From a bacterium (lineage in GTDB: Bacteria > Patescibacteriota > Microgenomatia > UBA8517), in assembly GCA_030583725.1 (NCBI GenBank), contig CP129472.1, forward strand, positions 206,958 to 270,957: 64,000 bases of DNA, read 5' to 3'. Numbering within the stretch: the first letter of the stretch is position 1; each line of letters begins with the position of its first letter. Shown piece by piece: positions 50,141-60,624 of the stretch. A program made the position numbers and the translations under genes. Below the pieces are notes generated by a model, which worked only from the letters and a program-made list of their open reading frames with translations, was not told the origin of the DNA and made no database searches.

Positions 50141-51215
50141 ACACCTCCTTATATACCCTCAGTGTTTCTTCTGCGGTTTTGGCCCAAGAAAAATCTTTGA
50201 CTCTTGCCAACCCCTTTGCAATTAGTGTTTTTGGCTTACTCAAAGCCTCTTTAATGCCATCTGCAATGGAGTTAACGTCATATGGATCAACTAAAATTGA
50301 TGCACCAGCAGACACCTCTGGCATACTTGAAACATCAGATGTAACTACAGGTACACCACAGGTATAAGCCTCTAATATTGGTACACCCAATCCCTCATAC
50401 AAAGATGGGAAAAGTAATAAACTAGAACCTGTCAAAAGTGGGGCTAGGTCATTATCTGGAACGAACCCTAAAAATCTAACTCCCCTTTCATCTTTAAGTT
50501 TTAAGCCATTGTTTTCTCCAATAATAATTAATTTTAAATTTTTTCCATATTTTGCCAAGTGAAACGCATTAACGGCAGTCACTATGTTTTTTCTTAAGTT
50601 TGTCCCTATCATAATAATGTAATCCTCACGGATTGAGTATTTCTTTTTAACCTCAAGTACCTCTTGATCTGAGGCTTTTGAAATGTTTGGGGCTTCATAG
50701 ACTACTGCAATTCTATTTTCGTCAAAACCCAATTTTATTAAGTCGATTTTAGTTGAGTTACTAGGAACAATTATTTTTTTTGATTCCTTCTGGACCCACT
50801 TTAAACGTTCTCTGTGGGTTTCCCTAACAAGTTTTGGTGTGAACTTGGGTAAAACAATGGGAACTAGATCATGAATTGTAGTTATTTTTATATTACTGGA
50901 TGGTGGTTCTGCCCAATCTGATGTGTGTATCAAATCAGCCTGTCCTATCAGTTTTTCAATCGGCAATATATGTAATTTATTCCAGATGATATCGGCAAGC
51001 CTTGGGGGTATGGGATAGGTTTTTGATGTCGCAGTGCTTCCACTGACTACTTCATCTATTTTTAACCTAAGTTCAGCTAAACGTCGCATAGAACCGCCAT
51101 ATAACAGATACTCGTTCTGTGTATCAATTTTCAGTAGATTTTTGACCAAGTTCTGCCTATATTTTGATACCCCAGTACCATAAATTATTGGGGACATGTC
51201 GATTGCAATACGCAT
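50133..51215 (-). CDS. Glycosyltransferase family 4
   Basis: GT-B, EGLG block. Confidence 0.7.
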   Translation of the reverse strand: MRIAIDMSPIIYGTGVSKYRQNLVKNLLKIDTQNEYLLYGGSMRRLAELRLKIDEVVSGSTATSKTYPIPPRLADIIWNKLHILPIEKLIGQADLIHTSDWAEPPSSNIKITTIHDLVPIVLPKFTPKLVRETHRERLKWVQKESKKIIVPSNSTKIDLIKLGFDENRIAVVYEAPNISKASDQEVLEVKKKYSIREDYIIMIGTNLRKNIVTAVNAFHLAKYGKNLKLIIIGENNGLKLKDERGVRFLGFVPDNDLAPLLTGSSLLLFPSLYEGLGVPILEAYTCGVPVVTSDVSSMPEVSAGASILVDPYDVNSIADGIKEALSKPKTLIAKGLARVKDFSWAKTAEETLRVYKEVCE

Positions 51216-51219
51216 ATTA

Positions 51220-52527
51220 TTATTTTGTATATTTCCAGAAGACTACACCATTTAGGTTTACTTCCTCAACCCAATTATAACCCAAGTTTTCAACTTTTTT
51301 ACGAGTAGAATCAGTTGGGTCAGAAATATTGACCACGTACCTTGAAAGCCAAACAGAGCTATGCATATCGGCTTCTAACTCATCAGTTGTGATTATCTGA
51401 TTATCTAGACCATAATAAATTAAGGCCTCTCTTTGTGAATAGCTAGGAAGCAAAATTCTATCTTCTTTAACTATCTTGGATAAATCTCTCCAGTTTTCCC
51501 TTTGAAACCTCTCACTAGATAGGTAAAAATATGAGGCAAGAATATTAATAGCCAACACAAAACCAATAAACAACTTGCTTTTAGTTTCAGCAAGCAACAA
51601 GTAAAAAGCAGGTAAAATAAATAAATATCTAAAATAGGTTAGTGTGGGTATGTAAAAAGATAAAATAATTCCAACAGCCAAGCTTCCTGCAAACCAGTAC
51701 CAAATAAGTTTGTTTTTTGCTTTTCCAATAACATAAATAAAAATTGCAGAGATTATTATCATAATTACTCCATAGATTATTTTGTTGTCAAAACTAACTC
51801 TACCTATCAAAAACTTTGTAGGTATTAGAGCAACGTTTTTAAGTGTTACTGGACCCAAAGCATTCCACCAAACAGATGAGGTTTCTTTTAGGGCAAGTCC
51901 TGCGGAAAGTTGATTTTGAAGAGTTGGCCACCAGAACAAAAAGGCTGTCCAGACTGGAACAATTGAAATAGAAAACCTTTTAAAGTTATTTCGGTCGTAT
52001 ATAAATTGGTACAAAAATAAAATTGGAACAATAATCATAGACAAATAATCTGTCAAAAATAATAAAACAAACGAAATTGACATCAAAAACCATTTTCTTT
52101 TTATAAAAAATAGAATTGTAAGAGTAACTAAGAATGTAGCCATAGCATACATCCTAGCTTCTTGTGAATAATAAATATGTAGTCCAGATGTGGCTAAAAA
52201 CAATGCTGGGACAATAGGCCACCTTATAAGTGTTCTTTTGGTATCTATATTTTCTTTAGCAATTAGGTACACGATATACACTGTAGCCACTCCAAAAATT
52301 AAAGATGGTATTCTTAAAGCGATTTCAGAAGCTCCAAAAAATTGTGACCAAAAATTGACTACTAGATAATAGAGGGGTGGGTGAAAATCACCGAACATAA
52401 AATTGTTAAAAAAATATTCAAGTGATATCTTTGAAGTCAAGGCAGTAGTTGCCTCATCAAGCCAAAGAGATTGGTTTATTGAAATCAACCTTAAAGCAAA
52501 ACTAAAAAACAAAATTAGATAAATCAT
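51220..52527 (-). CDS. GT-C fold membrane glycosyltransferase (ArnT/PMT-like)
   Basis: LWLDEA DE motif in the first loop. Confidence 0.55.
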   Translation of the reverse strand: MIYLILFFSFALRLISINQSLWLDEATTALTSKISLEYFFNNFMFGDFHPPLYYLVVNFWSQFFGASEIALRIPSLIFGVATVYIVYLIAKENIDTKRTLIRWPIVPALFLATSGLHIYYSQEARMYAMATFLVTLTILFFIKRKWFLMSISFVLLFLTDYLSMIIVPILFLYQFIYDRNNFKRFSISIVPVWTAFLFWWPTLQNQLSAGLALKETSSVWWNALGPVTLKNVALIPTKFLIGRVSFDNKIIYGVIMIIISAIFIYVIGKAKNKLIWYWFAGSLAVGIILSFYIPTLTYFRYLFILPAFYLLLAETKSKLFIGFVLAINILASYFYLSSERFQRENWRDLSKIVKEDRILLPSYSQREALIYYGLDNQIITTDELEADMHSSVWLSRYVVNISDPTDSTRKKVENLGYNWVEEVNLNGVVFWKYTK

Positions 52528-53363
52528 TTTGATCCTCTTTTTGTAAACATGTAGTTTAGAATGCCAACAAACACGCCAAAATCATACACAACTTTAAAAA
52601 TTAAAAATGAAGGTTTAGAATTTAGAAATGACTTAACCAAACCAATTATTAGGGATACTGGTAACGAACTTCTTACCAAACCTACAAAGTACCCAAGGAT
52701 TCCAAACTTATACTTTCTTTTTCCAACCCAAACTGCATGGTGAAAAATTTCGTTTAAAGTGTCAGGGTTTTTGTGAAAAAATATAGCTTTTGGTGCTACT
52801 GTTGCTTCGTAACCTAATTTTTCAGACAAACTCCAGTCATCATTGTACCCACCAGCAGTAAAACCTCCCACTCTATTAAACTCCGCTCGTAATATTGCTC
52901 TAAAAACTTTTTGGGTATCAGGATACTTTCTAGGATGTCTTTTTTTATTTTCCCACCCTTCGTTTAGATTATATGCACGAGCTAATGGTTTATCCCAGTT
53001 ACTTACATATTCATCTTTTGAAAAAGTACCCTTAGTTTTTCCTGCCAAAATTGGTTTAACTAACATCTTCAAAAAATGTTTATCAAAAGTCATGTCAGAG
53101 TCGACAAAAACTAAAATGTCGCCCCTAGCCCAAGTTGCTCCCAAGTTTCTTGCAGATCCCGCACCTTTATGTTTTCCGTTTACAATTTCTAGATGATAAT
53201 TTAAGGTTGAGGTTATACTTTGAATCTTTGTTAGGGTCTCGTCAGTACTTCCATCATCAACAACAATTACTTCAAAATCTTTGACGGTTTGCCTAACTAA
53301 AGACTCTAGACATTTTACTATTACATCTTGCTCGTTGTAGGTTGGTATTATTACCGAGATCAT
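52524..53363 (-). CDS. Glycosyltransferase family 2
   Basis: SVIIPTYNE..VVDDGSTD..DSD motifs. Confidence 0.8.
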   Translation of the reverse strand: MISVIIPTYNEQDVIVKCLESLVRQTVKDFEVIVVDDGSTDETLTKIQSITSTLNYHLEIVNGKHKGAGSARNLGATWARGDILVFVDSDMTFDKHFLKMLVKPILAGKTKGTFSKDEYVSNWDKPLARAYNLNEGWENKKRHPRKYPDTQKVFRAILRAEFNRVGGFTAGGYNDDWSLSEKLGYEATVAPKAIFFHKNPDTLNEIFHHAVWVGKRKYKFGILGYFVGLVRSSLPVSLIIGLVKSFLNSKPSFLIFKVVYDFGVFVGILNYMFTKRGSK

Positions 53364-54604
53364 AATATTCTTTCTAATCTAAAAAGAGAAAAGCCCTGAC
53401 CAACTTCGCCCAGGTTGGTTATATTGTATGGTTTGACAACTTTAAGTTCCCAAGGGTTATTGTTTTCAAAATCATAATCATCCTTTGCAAGAGCAAAAAC
53501 TATATTGCTAGATGGATAATCTATTTCTCCCATTGGTTTTTTGTCATAGACAAATTCTGTATAGTAACGCAAAACATAACCACGTGTATCAAAGTCGTAG
53601 AGTGTAACAACATTAAAATTAGTTTCATCTGTTTGACTGATTATTCTTGAAGCTTCAACTATGCTTTTGTTTGTTAACCCATCTACCATACCAACTGGCT
53701 TGTTAAAATTAATTAGATTAGAACTTAAGTTTAGATATAAATAGCCAAAAAATAAAACATAAAATATAAATTTATTTTTTAAATAAACTTTCCAAAGTAA
53801 AAATCCAGCAACTAAGATTACTACTGGCCAAAAGTGCAAAAAATGATAATAAGTAAAACCAGCATCAGAAACACCATTGAAAGTATCAAGGGCATACTGC
53901 AGAAGTGTTCTTAGGTGATAAAGATTATGTTTCAAATCAAAAACAACTTGAGTAAAATCACCAATTACCCCACCCACTATAAAAACTAACAAGTCTTTTG
54001 CCTTGTTTTTTGAATATTTGAAAACAACATATAAGATAATCAGTATTGCTATCACATAAAGATACTGCAATCCGAAACCCAAACCAGACAACACCCCAAG
54101 AATAAATAAGTCTAATAAATTACTTTTCTTATTTTTAATTTTCCATAACAAATAAATACTTAAAATTCCAATTAAAGGTAAATAGTTTAAAACCCAGATA
54201 AACATTGAGTGATAAATCATATATGAGTTAAATAAAAATAAAGTCATACAAATCAAGCCAAGACGGTGGCTAAACATCTTTTTTACGACAAAGTACATAA
54301 TAATCCCCGTTGCAATATTTAATAAAGCAAAATAATAACTAATTGGTAAAGGATCATAATCAAAAATTAAAAGAAGTGGAACTAGAGAATAATTAAAGAC
54401 TGCACTTGTATACAATTTATGACCCAAAGAGTTAACTCTAAAGTATTCCTGTCCTAATAGTGATGGTTTTTCACTTATATAATTTGCGGAAACATATAAA
54501 CTTCTTGCTTGTTCAGAACCAAAGGTCATCCTGTCTGAAAAGTTATACAGTCTAACCACTAGGGCTAATATTAAAATACTAAAAACTATTAAATAATTCT
54601 TCAT
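53360..54604 (-). CDS. GT-C-like polytopic membrane protein
   Basis: Hydropathy and position in the cluster. Confidence 0.45.
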   Translation of the reverse strand: MKNYLIVFSILILALVVRLYNFSDRMTFGSEQARSLYVSANYISEKPSLLGQEYFRVNSLGHKLYTSAVFNYSLVPLLLIFDYDPLPISYYFALLNIATGIIMYFVVKKMFSHRLGLICMTLFLFNSYMIYHSMFIWVLNYLPLIGILSIYLLWKIKNKKSNLLDLFILGVLSGLGFGLQYLYVIAILIILYVVFKYSKNKAKDLLVFIVGGVIGDFTQVVFDLKHNLYHLRTLLQYALDTFNGVSDAGFTYYHFLHFWPVVILVAGFLLWKVYLKNKFIFYVLFFGYLYLNLSSNLINFNKPVGMVDGLTNKSIVEASRIISQTDETNFNVVTLYDFDTRGYVLRYYTEFVYDKKPMGEIDYPSSNIVFALAKDDYDFENNNPWELKVVKPYNITNLGEVGQGFSLFRLERIL

Positions 54605-55499
54605 ACTTCTTTGTAATTATATCCCAACTGAATTTTTCTGCTTGTTTGCGAGGTTTTCCATCCCAATTAATGTCTAGTGCTTTTTCAATCTCTTTTGCAT
54701 ATTCATCAGTGTTGGTTGGGTCGACAAATAATCCTGCATCCCCAACTATCTCACGTCTAATTGGATCATCTGTGGCTACGACTGCAAGTCCTGACGCCAT
54801 TGCTTCAACTAAAACTACACCAAAAGATTCCCATGAAACAGTAGGGAAAACAAAAAGATCAGCCTTTCTATAAATATCAGGTATTTTGTCGTTCGTGGTT
54901 TGAACTGTTTCGAAATTGTCTCCTAATAACCTAGTTCCTAGTGCCTGTATTTCATTTTTTTTATCACCACCACCCCCAGCAATTATGAGTTTTGTGTTAT
55001 TAAGTCTAGAAACTGCCTGAATAGTTAAATTATGTCTTTTTTCTCTTGTAAATGCTCCAACAGCAAGTATTGTACGTTCTTTTTTAGGAGTTACACTTTT
55101 GACAAAAAATTTATCCAAGTCAACACCGTTTGGGATTACTTTCTTTTTGACAAAGGGGTTTATTTTATCTGACCAAGACAAAGCATAGTTAGTTAACGGT
55201 ACAAAATAATCAGGAAATGCGTATAAATTTAGCCTGTCATCAAGCCCTATTCCTGACTGACCAGAGACTACCATCTTTGCATTAGTTAGCCAAGTTAAAA
55301 GTCTAACAATAAAAACCTGAGCTCGACCGTTGGTTGGAATGACAACATCATACTTATTTTTTAATATTTTATAAAAGTAATTATTTGTATCTACCTCAAC
55401 ACTGTTATTTTTCATAAGCCTTTTAGAAAGCTCTAAAACATATGTTTCAGCTCCTCTATTTACTTTGTTTTGGTATTTATTAATTATTAGTATTCGCAT
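54579..55499 (-). CDS. Glycosyltransferase family 4 (short)
   Basis: EAMASGLAVVAT block. Confidence 0.7.
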   Translation of the reverse strand: MRILIINKYQNKVNRGAETYVLELSKRLMKNNSVEVDTNNYFYKILKNKYDVVIPTNGRAQVFIVRLLTWLTNAKMVVSGQSGIGLDDRLNLYAFPDYFVPLTNYALSWSDKINPFVKKKVIPNGVDLDKFFVKSVTPKKERTILAVGAFTREKRHNLTIQAVSRLNNTKLIIAGGGGDKKNEIQALGTRLLGDNFETVQTTNDKIPDIYRKADLFVFPTVSWESFGVVLVEAMASGLAVVATDDPIRREIVGDAGLFVDPTNTDEYAKEIEKALDINWDGKPRKQAEKFSWDIITKKYEELFNSF

Positions 55500-55525
55500 A
55501 TGTGTAGTTTGTCTATCTCAAGTAC

Positions 55526-56764
55526 TTAGTTTCTGAAACATACCTCCACTTTTTTAACAACTATGTCACAACCGTAAAACTTGTCCACAAAGTCATAAAG
55601 CTCTGTGTAGCTATCTTGTCTTTCACCAATAATTATAGCCTCTGGCATTTCAGTTTTTAAATTATTAGTTATTTTTACTAGATTATTGTCATAATTTAAG
55701 TACCAAGGTATATATGGAATTAATGGTTTTGGTGGTTGAGTATTAGTTAGTGCATATAAACTATCCCAGTAGTTAATGATGTATAAACTATTAACTTGTG
55801 GTTGGTGAGTAGTTATTAGTGCAACAACCACCTTCACATCTTCTTCATAGAAGCGGGTAGTGGTACCAAATTGTCTATAAATACCAATTGATAAAAAACA
55901 AACTGTTAAAATAAAAGCTGCAAGCCTAACCAATTTTCTTTTGTTATCTAAAATTACTACTGACAAAGCAATTGCTAAAAATGGTAGTGCTGGCTGAAAG
56001 TGAAACAGTTCCCAACGAGGATAAACTCCTAAAAGTCCAACAAAGGCAAACGTGAGTATTAAATACTCTTTGCTCAGCATTGACAACATAAATGGAGAAA
56101 GACCGAATATGAATTGTTTCAAGTTAGGTAATGAAACTTGCCCACCAGCTTGAGGTAGATAGAAAATTCCAAATTGAATAGCCCAGCTGTAGTAGTCATC
56201 AAGAATTCCCAATAAACCCAAGAGTATTAAAAAAAATGTAATAACTACCCCCGATCCAACTACTAAATTCAATATGTTTTTTCTATACTGTCCAGATTGA
56301 AGTAAAAATAACACAATTGGAACTGCAAAATAGACAAAGGTTTGTTTTGTTAAAAATCCAAGAGCAAAAATAATACCTGTCCAAAGATAGTTTTTTGATT
56401 TTAAAAAGTAAAAAAGAAGGATTGCAAATGGAGTTAGAGCTAAGTCAAACCAAAGACCATTTCCCTCATATACTATAGCGAGTAACAAATACAAAAAAGT
56501 TGAAAAGTAAGCTGTTTTTCTGCTCCAAAATTGCTTCGTGACGAAGTAAACAAGATAAATATTAATTGCAATTAAAATCCAAGTATAAATTTTCAACTGC
56601 ATTATACCTACACCAAAGATTTTATAGTAGATTGCAATATCTAATAAAAGAAGGGGATTATGGGCAATGCCAATGTCACGGTATGGAAGCCACCCCTGAA
56701 GCATCAGGTAAGGCCAAGCAAGCATTTCTGGCCAAGCCGTGAATTGTATTCCAAAATTTGACAT
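55526..56764 (-). CDS. Polytopic membrane protein, probable GT-C-like glycosyltransferase
   Basis: Hydropathy only. Confidence 0.35.
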   Translation of the reverse strand: MSNFGIQFTAWPEMLAWPYLMLQGWLPYRDIGIAHNPLLLLDIAIYYKIFGVGIMQLKIYTWILIAINIYLVYFVTKQFWSRKTAYFSTFLYLLLAIVYEGNGLWFDLALTPFAILLFYFLKSKNYLWTGIIFALGFLTKQTFVYFAVPIVLFLLQSGQYRKNILNLVVGSGVVITFFLILLGLLGILDDYYSWAIQFGIFYLPQAGGQVSLPNLKQFIFGLSPFMLSMLSKEYLILTFAFVGLLGVYPRWELFHFQPALPFLAIALSVVILDNKRKLVRLAAFILTVCFLSIGIYRQFGTTTRFYEEDVKVVVALITTHQPQVNSLYIINYWDSLYALTNTQPPKPLIPYIPWYLNYDNNLVKITNNLKTEMPEAIIIGERQDSYTELYDFVDKFYGCDIVVKKVEVCFRN

Positions 56765-56793
56765 TTTATTCGATTCTGTTAATATTACATTAG

Positions 56794-56880
56794 GTTGGAT
56801 GACTTAGCGACCACCGCTCGTAATTGACGGTCTTAACTAAGTTTTACTCATCTTAGGATGATTCTCCAACCTTTTTTTTT
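56794..56880 (+). terminator. Long structured element closed by the 7-bp stem GGTTGGA/TCCAACC, followed by T9
   Basis: Contains internal hairpins (AGCG-GTGGT-CGCT; CATC-TTAG-GATG); the U-run falls on the plus strand although both flanking genes are on the minus strand. Confidence 0.3.
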
Positions 56881-56882
56881 GG

Positions 56883-57320
56883 CTAAAAAAGATATTTCAA
56901 AACTTCTCTTGCATCAACTATAATATCCGCTTTCCTGACACCCCTGAATCTATCAATTGCCACCTTGTGTGCAGGACTATTTTTAGTGATTAGTTCAAAA
57001 CTGACGTCAGGTATTTTTCTATTTAACTTTATGAAATTATTTTTAATAAAGTTCTTAACTGATCCCTCATGTCCTTTGTACTCCACGTCAATTGTAACTT
57101 CATTAATTTTTTCATCTTTAATTATAATAAAAACGAGTGTTGCAAAAAGCTCGTAAGTAATCAGTTTTTTTCTTTCTGTAGTAATTTTTAATATTTTTAA
57201 TAATTTTCTTTTTTCAACAGCGCTTATTTTTAATGACTTAGTTTTATCCCCCGCATAAGCAACCACGGTCAAACTTTTTGTATTCTCAATTTTTCCAGAT
57301 TGATCAATATAGTATCTCAT
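56883..57320 (-). CDS. Hypothetical protein
   Basis: ORF only. Confidence 0.35.
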   Translation of the reverse strand: MRYYIDQSGKIENTKSLTVVAYAGDKTKSLKISAVEKRKLLKILKITTERKKLITYELFATLVFIIIKDEKINEVTIDVEYKGHEGSVKNFIKNNFIKLNRKIPDVSFELITKNSPAHKVAIDRFRGVRKADIIVDAREVLKYLF

Positions 57321-58531
57321 CTCATATTTTTTTCTTTTATTCTACTTCTTTCCTTTACAAATAAATCTGTTGTATTTGAGTCAATCATTAGTCTAGCATC
57401 TCTTTCTAATTTTATGTCAGAAAAGTCGTCACTACCACTTTCCACCTTATCCAATACTTTATTTATTGATTCCTTTTGCCAATTAGGGAATTCCTGCCAA
57501 GCAATTTGAGGTAGAATTGCTCTTCCTCCAAAAATGAAAAATACTAATATATAGAGTATCGAGCTCTTAATGTTTAATTTAGGCAAAAACAAACTAAAAT
57601 AAATCATTAAGTATAAAAATGGCATATATAAATAATACATTTCTCTTCTATGCACAAGTAAAGATGCTGGAGTTAGTGTGATAAAGACAACAGCCAAGAG
57701 AGGAAGATATTTATACTTTTTATAGTATAGTGCCAGTCCTACCCCTAGCAAAATTATTTTATAATCCAAATAGTATAAATACCCTTTAAAAATATCTAAC
57801 ACATAAAATGAAGGCATATATATTTCATTTTGCCCAACAATCTTTTTAACTACGAAATAGTAGGAAGCATAAAGACCAAATGCAATTGAAATTATTAGTA
57901 GGTACATTATTTTTTTACGGTCCAGTTTGTAAAAAAATGATATGGAGTATAAAACCAAGGGAACAGTTACGGCAGTTTCCTTGGTGAAAACTGCCAAGAT
58001 AAACGAAATAACACTTAAGTAGAACTTTTTAGGGTAGTATAAAAAGAAGAATATTGTCAGTATACAAAAAGTGGCTAACAAATGTTCATGTAAATTTGAA
58101 TAATAAAATAGGTAGTTTTTATTAAATATAATACTTACAAAAAAGGCTGCAAAGTTATTTTTAGTTAGTTTTTTAACTACAAAAAATAAAAGTACTAAAT
58201 TTGCAGTATTTGTTAGAAATAAAAATATATCAAAGGGAAGGTTGTTCACTCCAAACGTTTTAAGTAGTCCACCAAAGACCAAGAATCCAACCAGTCTCCT
58301 AAACTCATTGATGTCCCCCTTAAGTATAAATTCTGGTATTATTCCCCAGACGCTCCTATCTCTAAAATATTGTATTACAAAGAAATCATCAACAGAAAAA
58401 AACGTATTTGTACGAAGAGCAAAAACTAAGTGTAAAAAACTAAAAAAAACTAAAACAGTGATGTAAAACTTAATACCCCACTTTTTCATTTTTAAACCTC
58501 CGTTTAAATTTTTTAATAGGTGTTTCAACAA
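57317..58531 (-). CDS. Polytopic membrane protein (possible GT-C / polymerase-like)
   Basis: Hydropathy only. Confidence 0.35.
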   Translation of the reverse strand: MLKHLLKNLNGGLKMKKWGIKFYITVLVFFSFLHLVFALRTNTFFSVDDFFVIQYFRDRSVWGIIPEFILKGDINEFRRLVGFLVFGGLLKTFGVNNLPFDIFLFLTNTANLVLLFFVVKKLTKNNFAAFFVSIIFNKNYLFYYSNLHEHLLATFCILTIFFFLYYPKKFYLSVISFILAVFTKETAVTVPLVLYSISFFYKLDRKKIMYLLIISIAFGLYASYYFVVKKIVGQNEIYMPSFYVLDIFKGYLYYLDYKIILLGVGLALYYKKYKYLPLLAVVFITLTPASLLVHRREMYYLYMPFLYLMIYFSLFLPKLNIKSSILYILVFFIFGGRAILPQIAWQEFPNWQKESINKVLDKVESGSDDFSDIKLERDARLMIDSNTTDLFVKERSRIKEKNMR

Positions 58532-59321
58532 TTGCTCTTAGTTTGTAAGCAGTAGCCATTGGCTTCCACGGACTTGGTACAAAACTTGGTTTATCTTTGA
58601 AAAAAACTTCTGGAAAATAAAAATCATTTGGAAGTTTTTGTCCTATTTCATATTTTAGTTTTTTAAATCTTTTTGGTACCTTTTTGTCATCTTCCCTACT
58701 CTCCCCTCTTGGTAAAAAAGTTGTATGCATATATGGTGCGTCAACAAACTTAAATGTGTTCCTATTTTGACTAGAAATCCTATCCTGTATCTGGTTACCA
58801 TCTCCATCCGCCCAACCCCATACGCCATGCTCTCCAACTGAATGAAGCCCTGAGATACTTCTCTTAATTGCTCTTAAATTATAATGTCCTTTGTATTTTC
58901 CAAACTTATACTTACCAGCGTTTTTAGGTTGTCTGTGATATATATCTCCAACCATATTCATAGTCGGAACGACTATGGATTCAGTTTTGGGACCAGCTTT
59001 TTGTATTGTTTTAATAACTTTTGTTATAGATTCCTGCCACCATATTTCGTCGCCATCTACAACAATGAACCAATCAGAGTCAGTTGCATCAAGCATAGCT
59101 TGACGTACTTCTGGAAATGTTTCCGGTGTTACCTCACCATACCGTCTTAAATCAATTTTCTTCCCATATTTTTCCTTTATCGTCATCGCGACGTCCCACG
59201 ACCTATCAGTTGACCCAGTGTCCCAGAGTAAAAGTTTATCAACGTAGTCGACAACAGAAGTAACACTAAACCAAAGCCACCTTTCTTCATTTTTAAAAAG
59301 TGTATGGGCTGAAATTTTCAT
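58470..59321 (-). CDS. GT2-like glycosyltransferase
   Basis: DTGSTDRS and VVDGDE blocks. Confidence 0.5.
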   Translation of the reverse strand: MKISAHTLFKNEERWLWFSVTSVVDYVDKLLLWDTGSTDRSWDVAMTIKEKYGKKIDLRRYGEVTPETFPEVRQAMLDATDSDWFIVVDGDEIWWQESITKVIKTIQKAGPKTESIVVPTMNMVGDIYHRQPKNAGKYKFGKYKGHYNLRAIKRSISGLHSVGEHGVWGWADGDGNQIQDRISSQNRNTFKFVDAPYMHTTFLPRGESREDDKKVPKRFKKLKYEIGQKLPNDFYFPEVFFKDKPSFVPSPWKPMATAYKLRAIVETPIKKFKRRFKNEKVGY

Positions 59322-59346
59322 ATTTTTTTGATTAAAGAGTTTTAAT

Positions 59347-60624
59347 TTATTTTTTAAACCAGTAATAATGTATAACGATTACCCAAGTGTAGATTGCAAG
59401 TGTGGTGTTAATTATCCCAAATGTAAAAGTGGGGCCTAATGCTCCATACTTTGGAATGAAGTAATAGTTAAGTAAAAAAATGGCAGTAATTTGAAAAAAA
59501 CTAAATGCTCCAATATATACATTTTTTTTCATTGCATATATAATTGCAGAAACTGATGGCGCAGTTAAAATAAATGGAATCATAGCGATGGTTAATGCAC
59601 GAAATACAGGAACAGAATCCATATAGTTGGGAAATACTATTTGCATAAAAGGCTCAGCCACTAAAACCCAAACAAGAGATGCCCCAACTATTGGAAGTGT
59701 GCCAAAAAAAGCTTTAACTAAGTAGATTCTTTCCTTATCTTTATCCCCCATTGATGCAAATCGAGGTGATAATACAGCTGAAAAACTAGAGGTCAATATT
59801 ATTAAAAGAGATGAAAGTCTAGATGGTATTGAATAAAGTGCAGTGGTTGATGCAGTCGTTAATACAGCAAGCATCTGAATGTCGAGTCTTCCAGAAATTG
59901 AGGATATTATCCTATTAACTCCAATCCAACCTGAAAACTTAATTAAATTTAAATATATTTCTTTTGTAGGTTTAGCTTTTAAAAATTTAAAACCAAGAAA
60001 AAAGAAGCTAAAGACTAAAGAAACTACAAAACCCCAAAGTGCGGTTGAAAATGAATTATACAAACCTAACGTACCAAAGAATATAAAAAATAAAAGACCT
60101 ATTAATCTAAACAAATAATAGACGTTATCAACTACCATAGACTGCATGAATTTCTTCTTAGCCTGCAATATAAAAGGAAAATACATAGGAACTGAAAGAG
60201 CTACAGCAATTACTGCAACCCAAATAGAAATTACAGAATCTGAGCTTGCAAGAAGTTTACTAGATATAAATGGTGCAAACAAAATGACAATTAAGGATAA
60301 TACCAAGACAACAGAGATCTTAATCACAATTCCCGCTTTTTGATATTTTAATGAGGTTTCTTCATCATTTTCCGAGTCAGCCTTGGCAATAAAATTAACT
60401 AAACCTGAAGTTATTCCAAGGTCAGAAAGAGACGTTAAGATAACAACTAAATTTAAAGCCGCAGAAAAAACACCAAAATCCTCCCTATTTAAAACTCTAG
60501 CTACTAGAAATATAAAAACAAAACCCAAGAAAGCAGAGATTATGTTACCAGTGAATAATATATAAGTATCTTTGGCTGTTGCAGAAAAAAGTGCCTGTCT
60601 ACCCCTGTCTAGATATTGTCGCAT
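59347..60624 (-). CDS. Wzx-type polysaccharide flippase (MOP superfamily)
   Basis: 425 aa, about 12 TM helices, polysaccharide-biosynthesis-protein family layout. Confidence 0.65.
   Translation of the reverse strand: MRQYLDRGRQALFSATAKDTYILFTGNIISAFLGFVFIFLVARVLNREDFGVFSAALNLVVILTSLSDLGITSGLVNFIAKADSENDEETSLKYQKAGIVIKISVVLVLSLIVILFAPFISSKLLASSDSVISIWVAVIAVALSVPMYFPFILQAKKKFMQSMVVDNVYYLFRLIGLLFFIFFGTLGLYNSFSTALWGFVVSLVFSFFFLGFKFLKAKPTKEIYLNLIKFSGWIGVNRIISSISGRLDIQMLAVLTTASTTALYSIPSRLSSLLIILTSSFSAVLSPRFASMGDKDKERIYLVKAFFGTLPIVGASLVWVLVAEPFMQIVFPNYMDSVPVFRALTIAMIPFILTAPSVSAIIYAMKKNVYIGAFSFFQITAIFLLNYYFIPKYGALGPTFTFGIINTTLAIYTWVIVIHYYWFKK

Noticed and set aside
56794-56871. tRNA gene (7-bp acceptor-like closing stem, roughly 78 nt)
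   Set aside because: No D-loop GG, no T-loop TTCGA/TTCAA, and arm lengths do not fit a cloverleaf. It is kept as an unclassified structured element instead.
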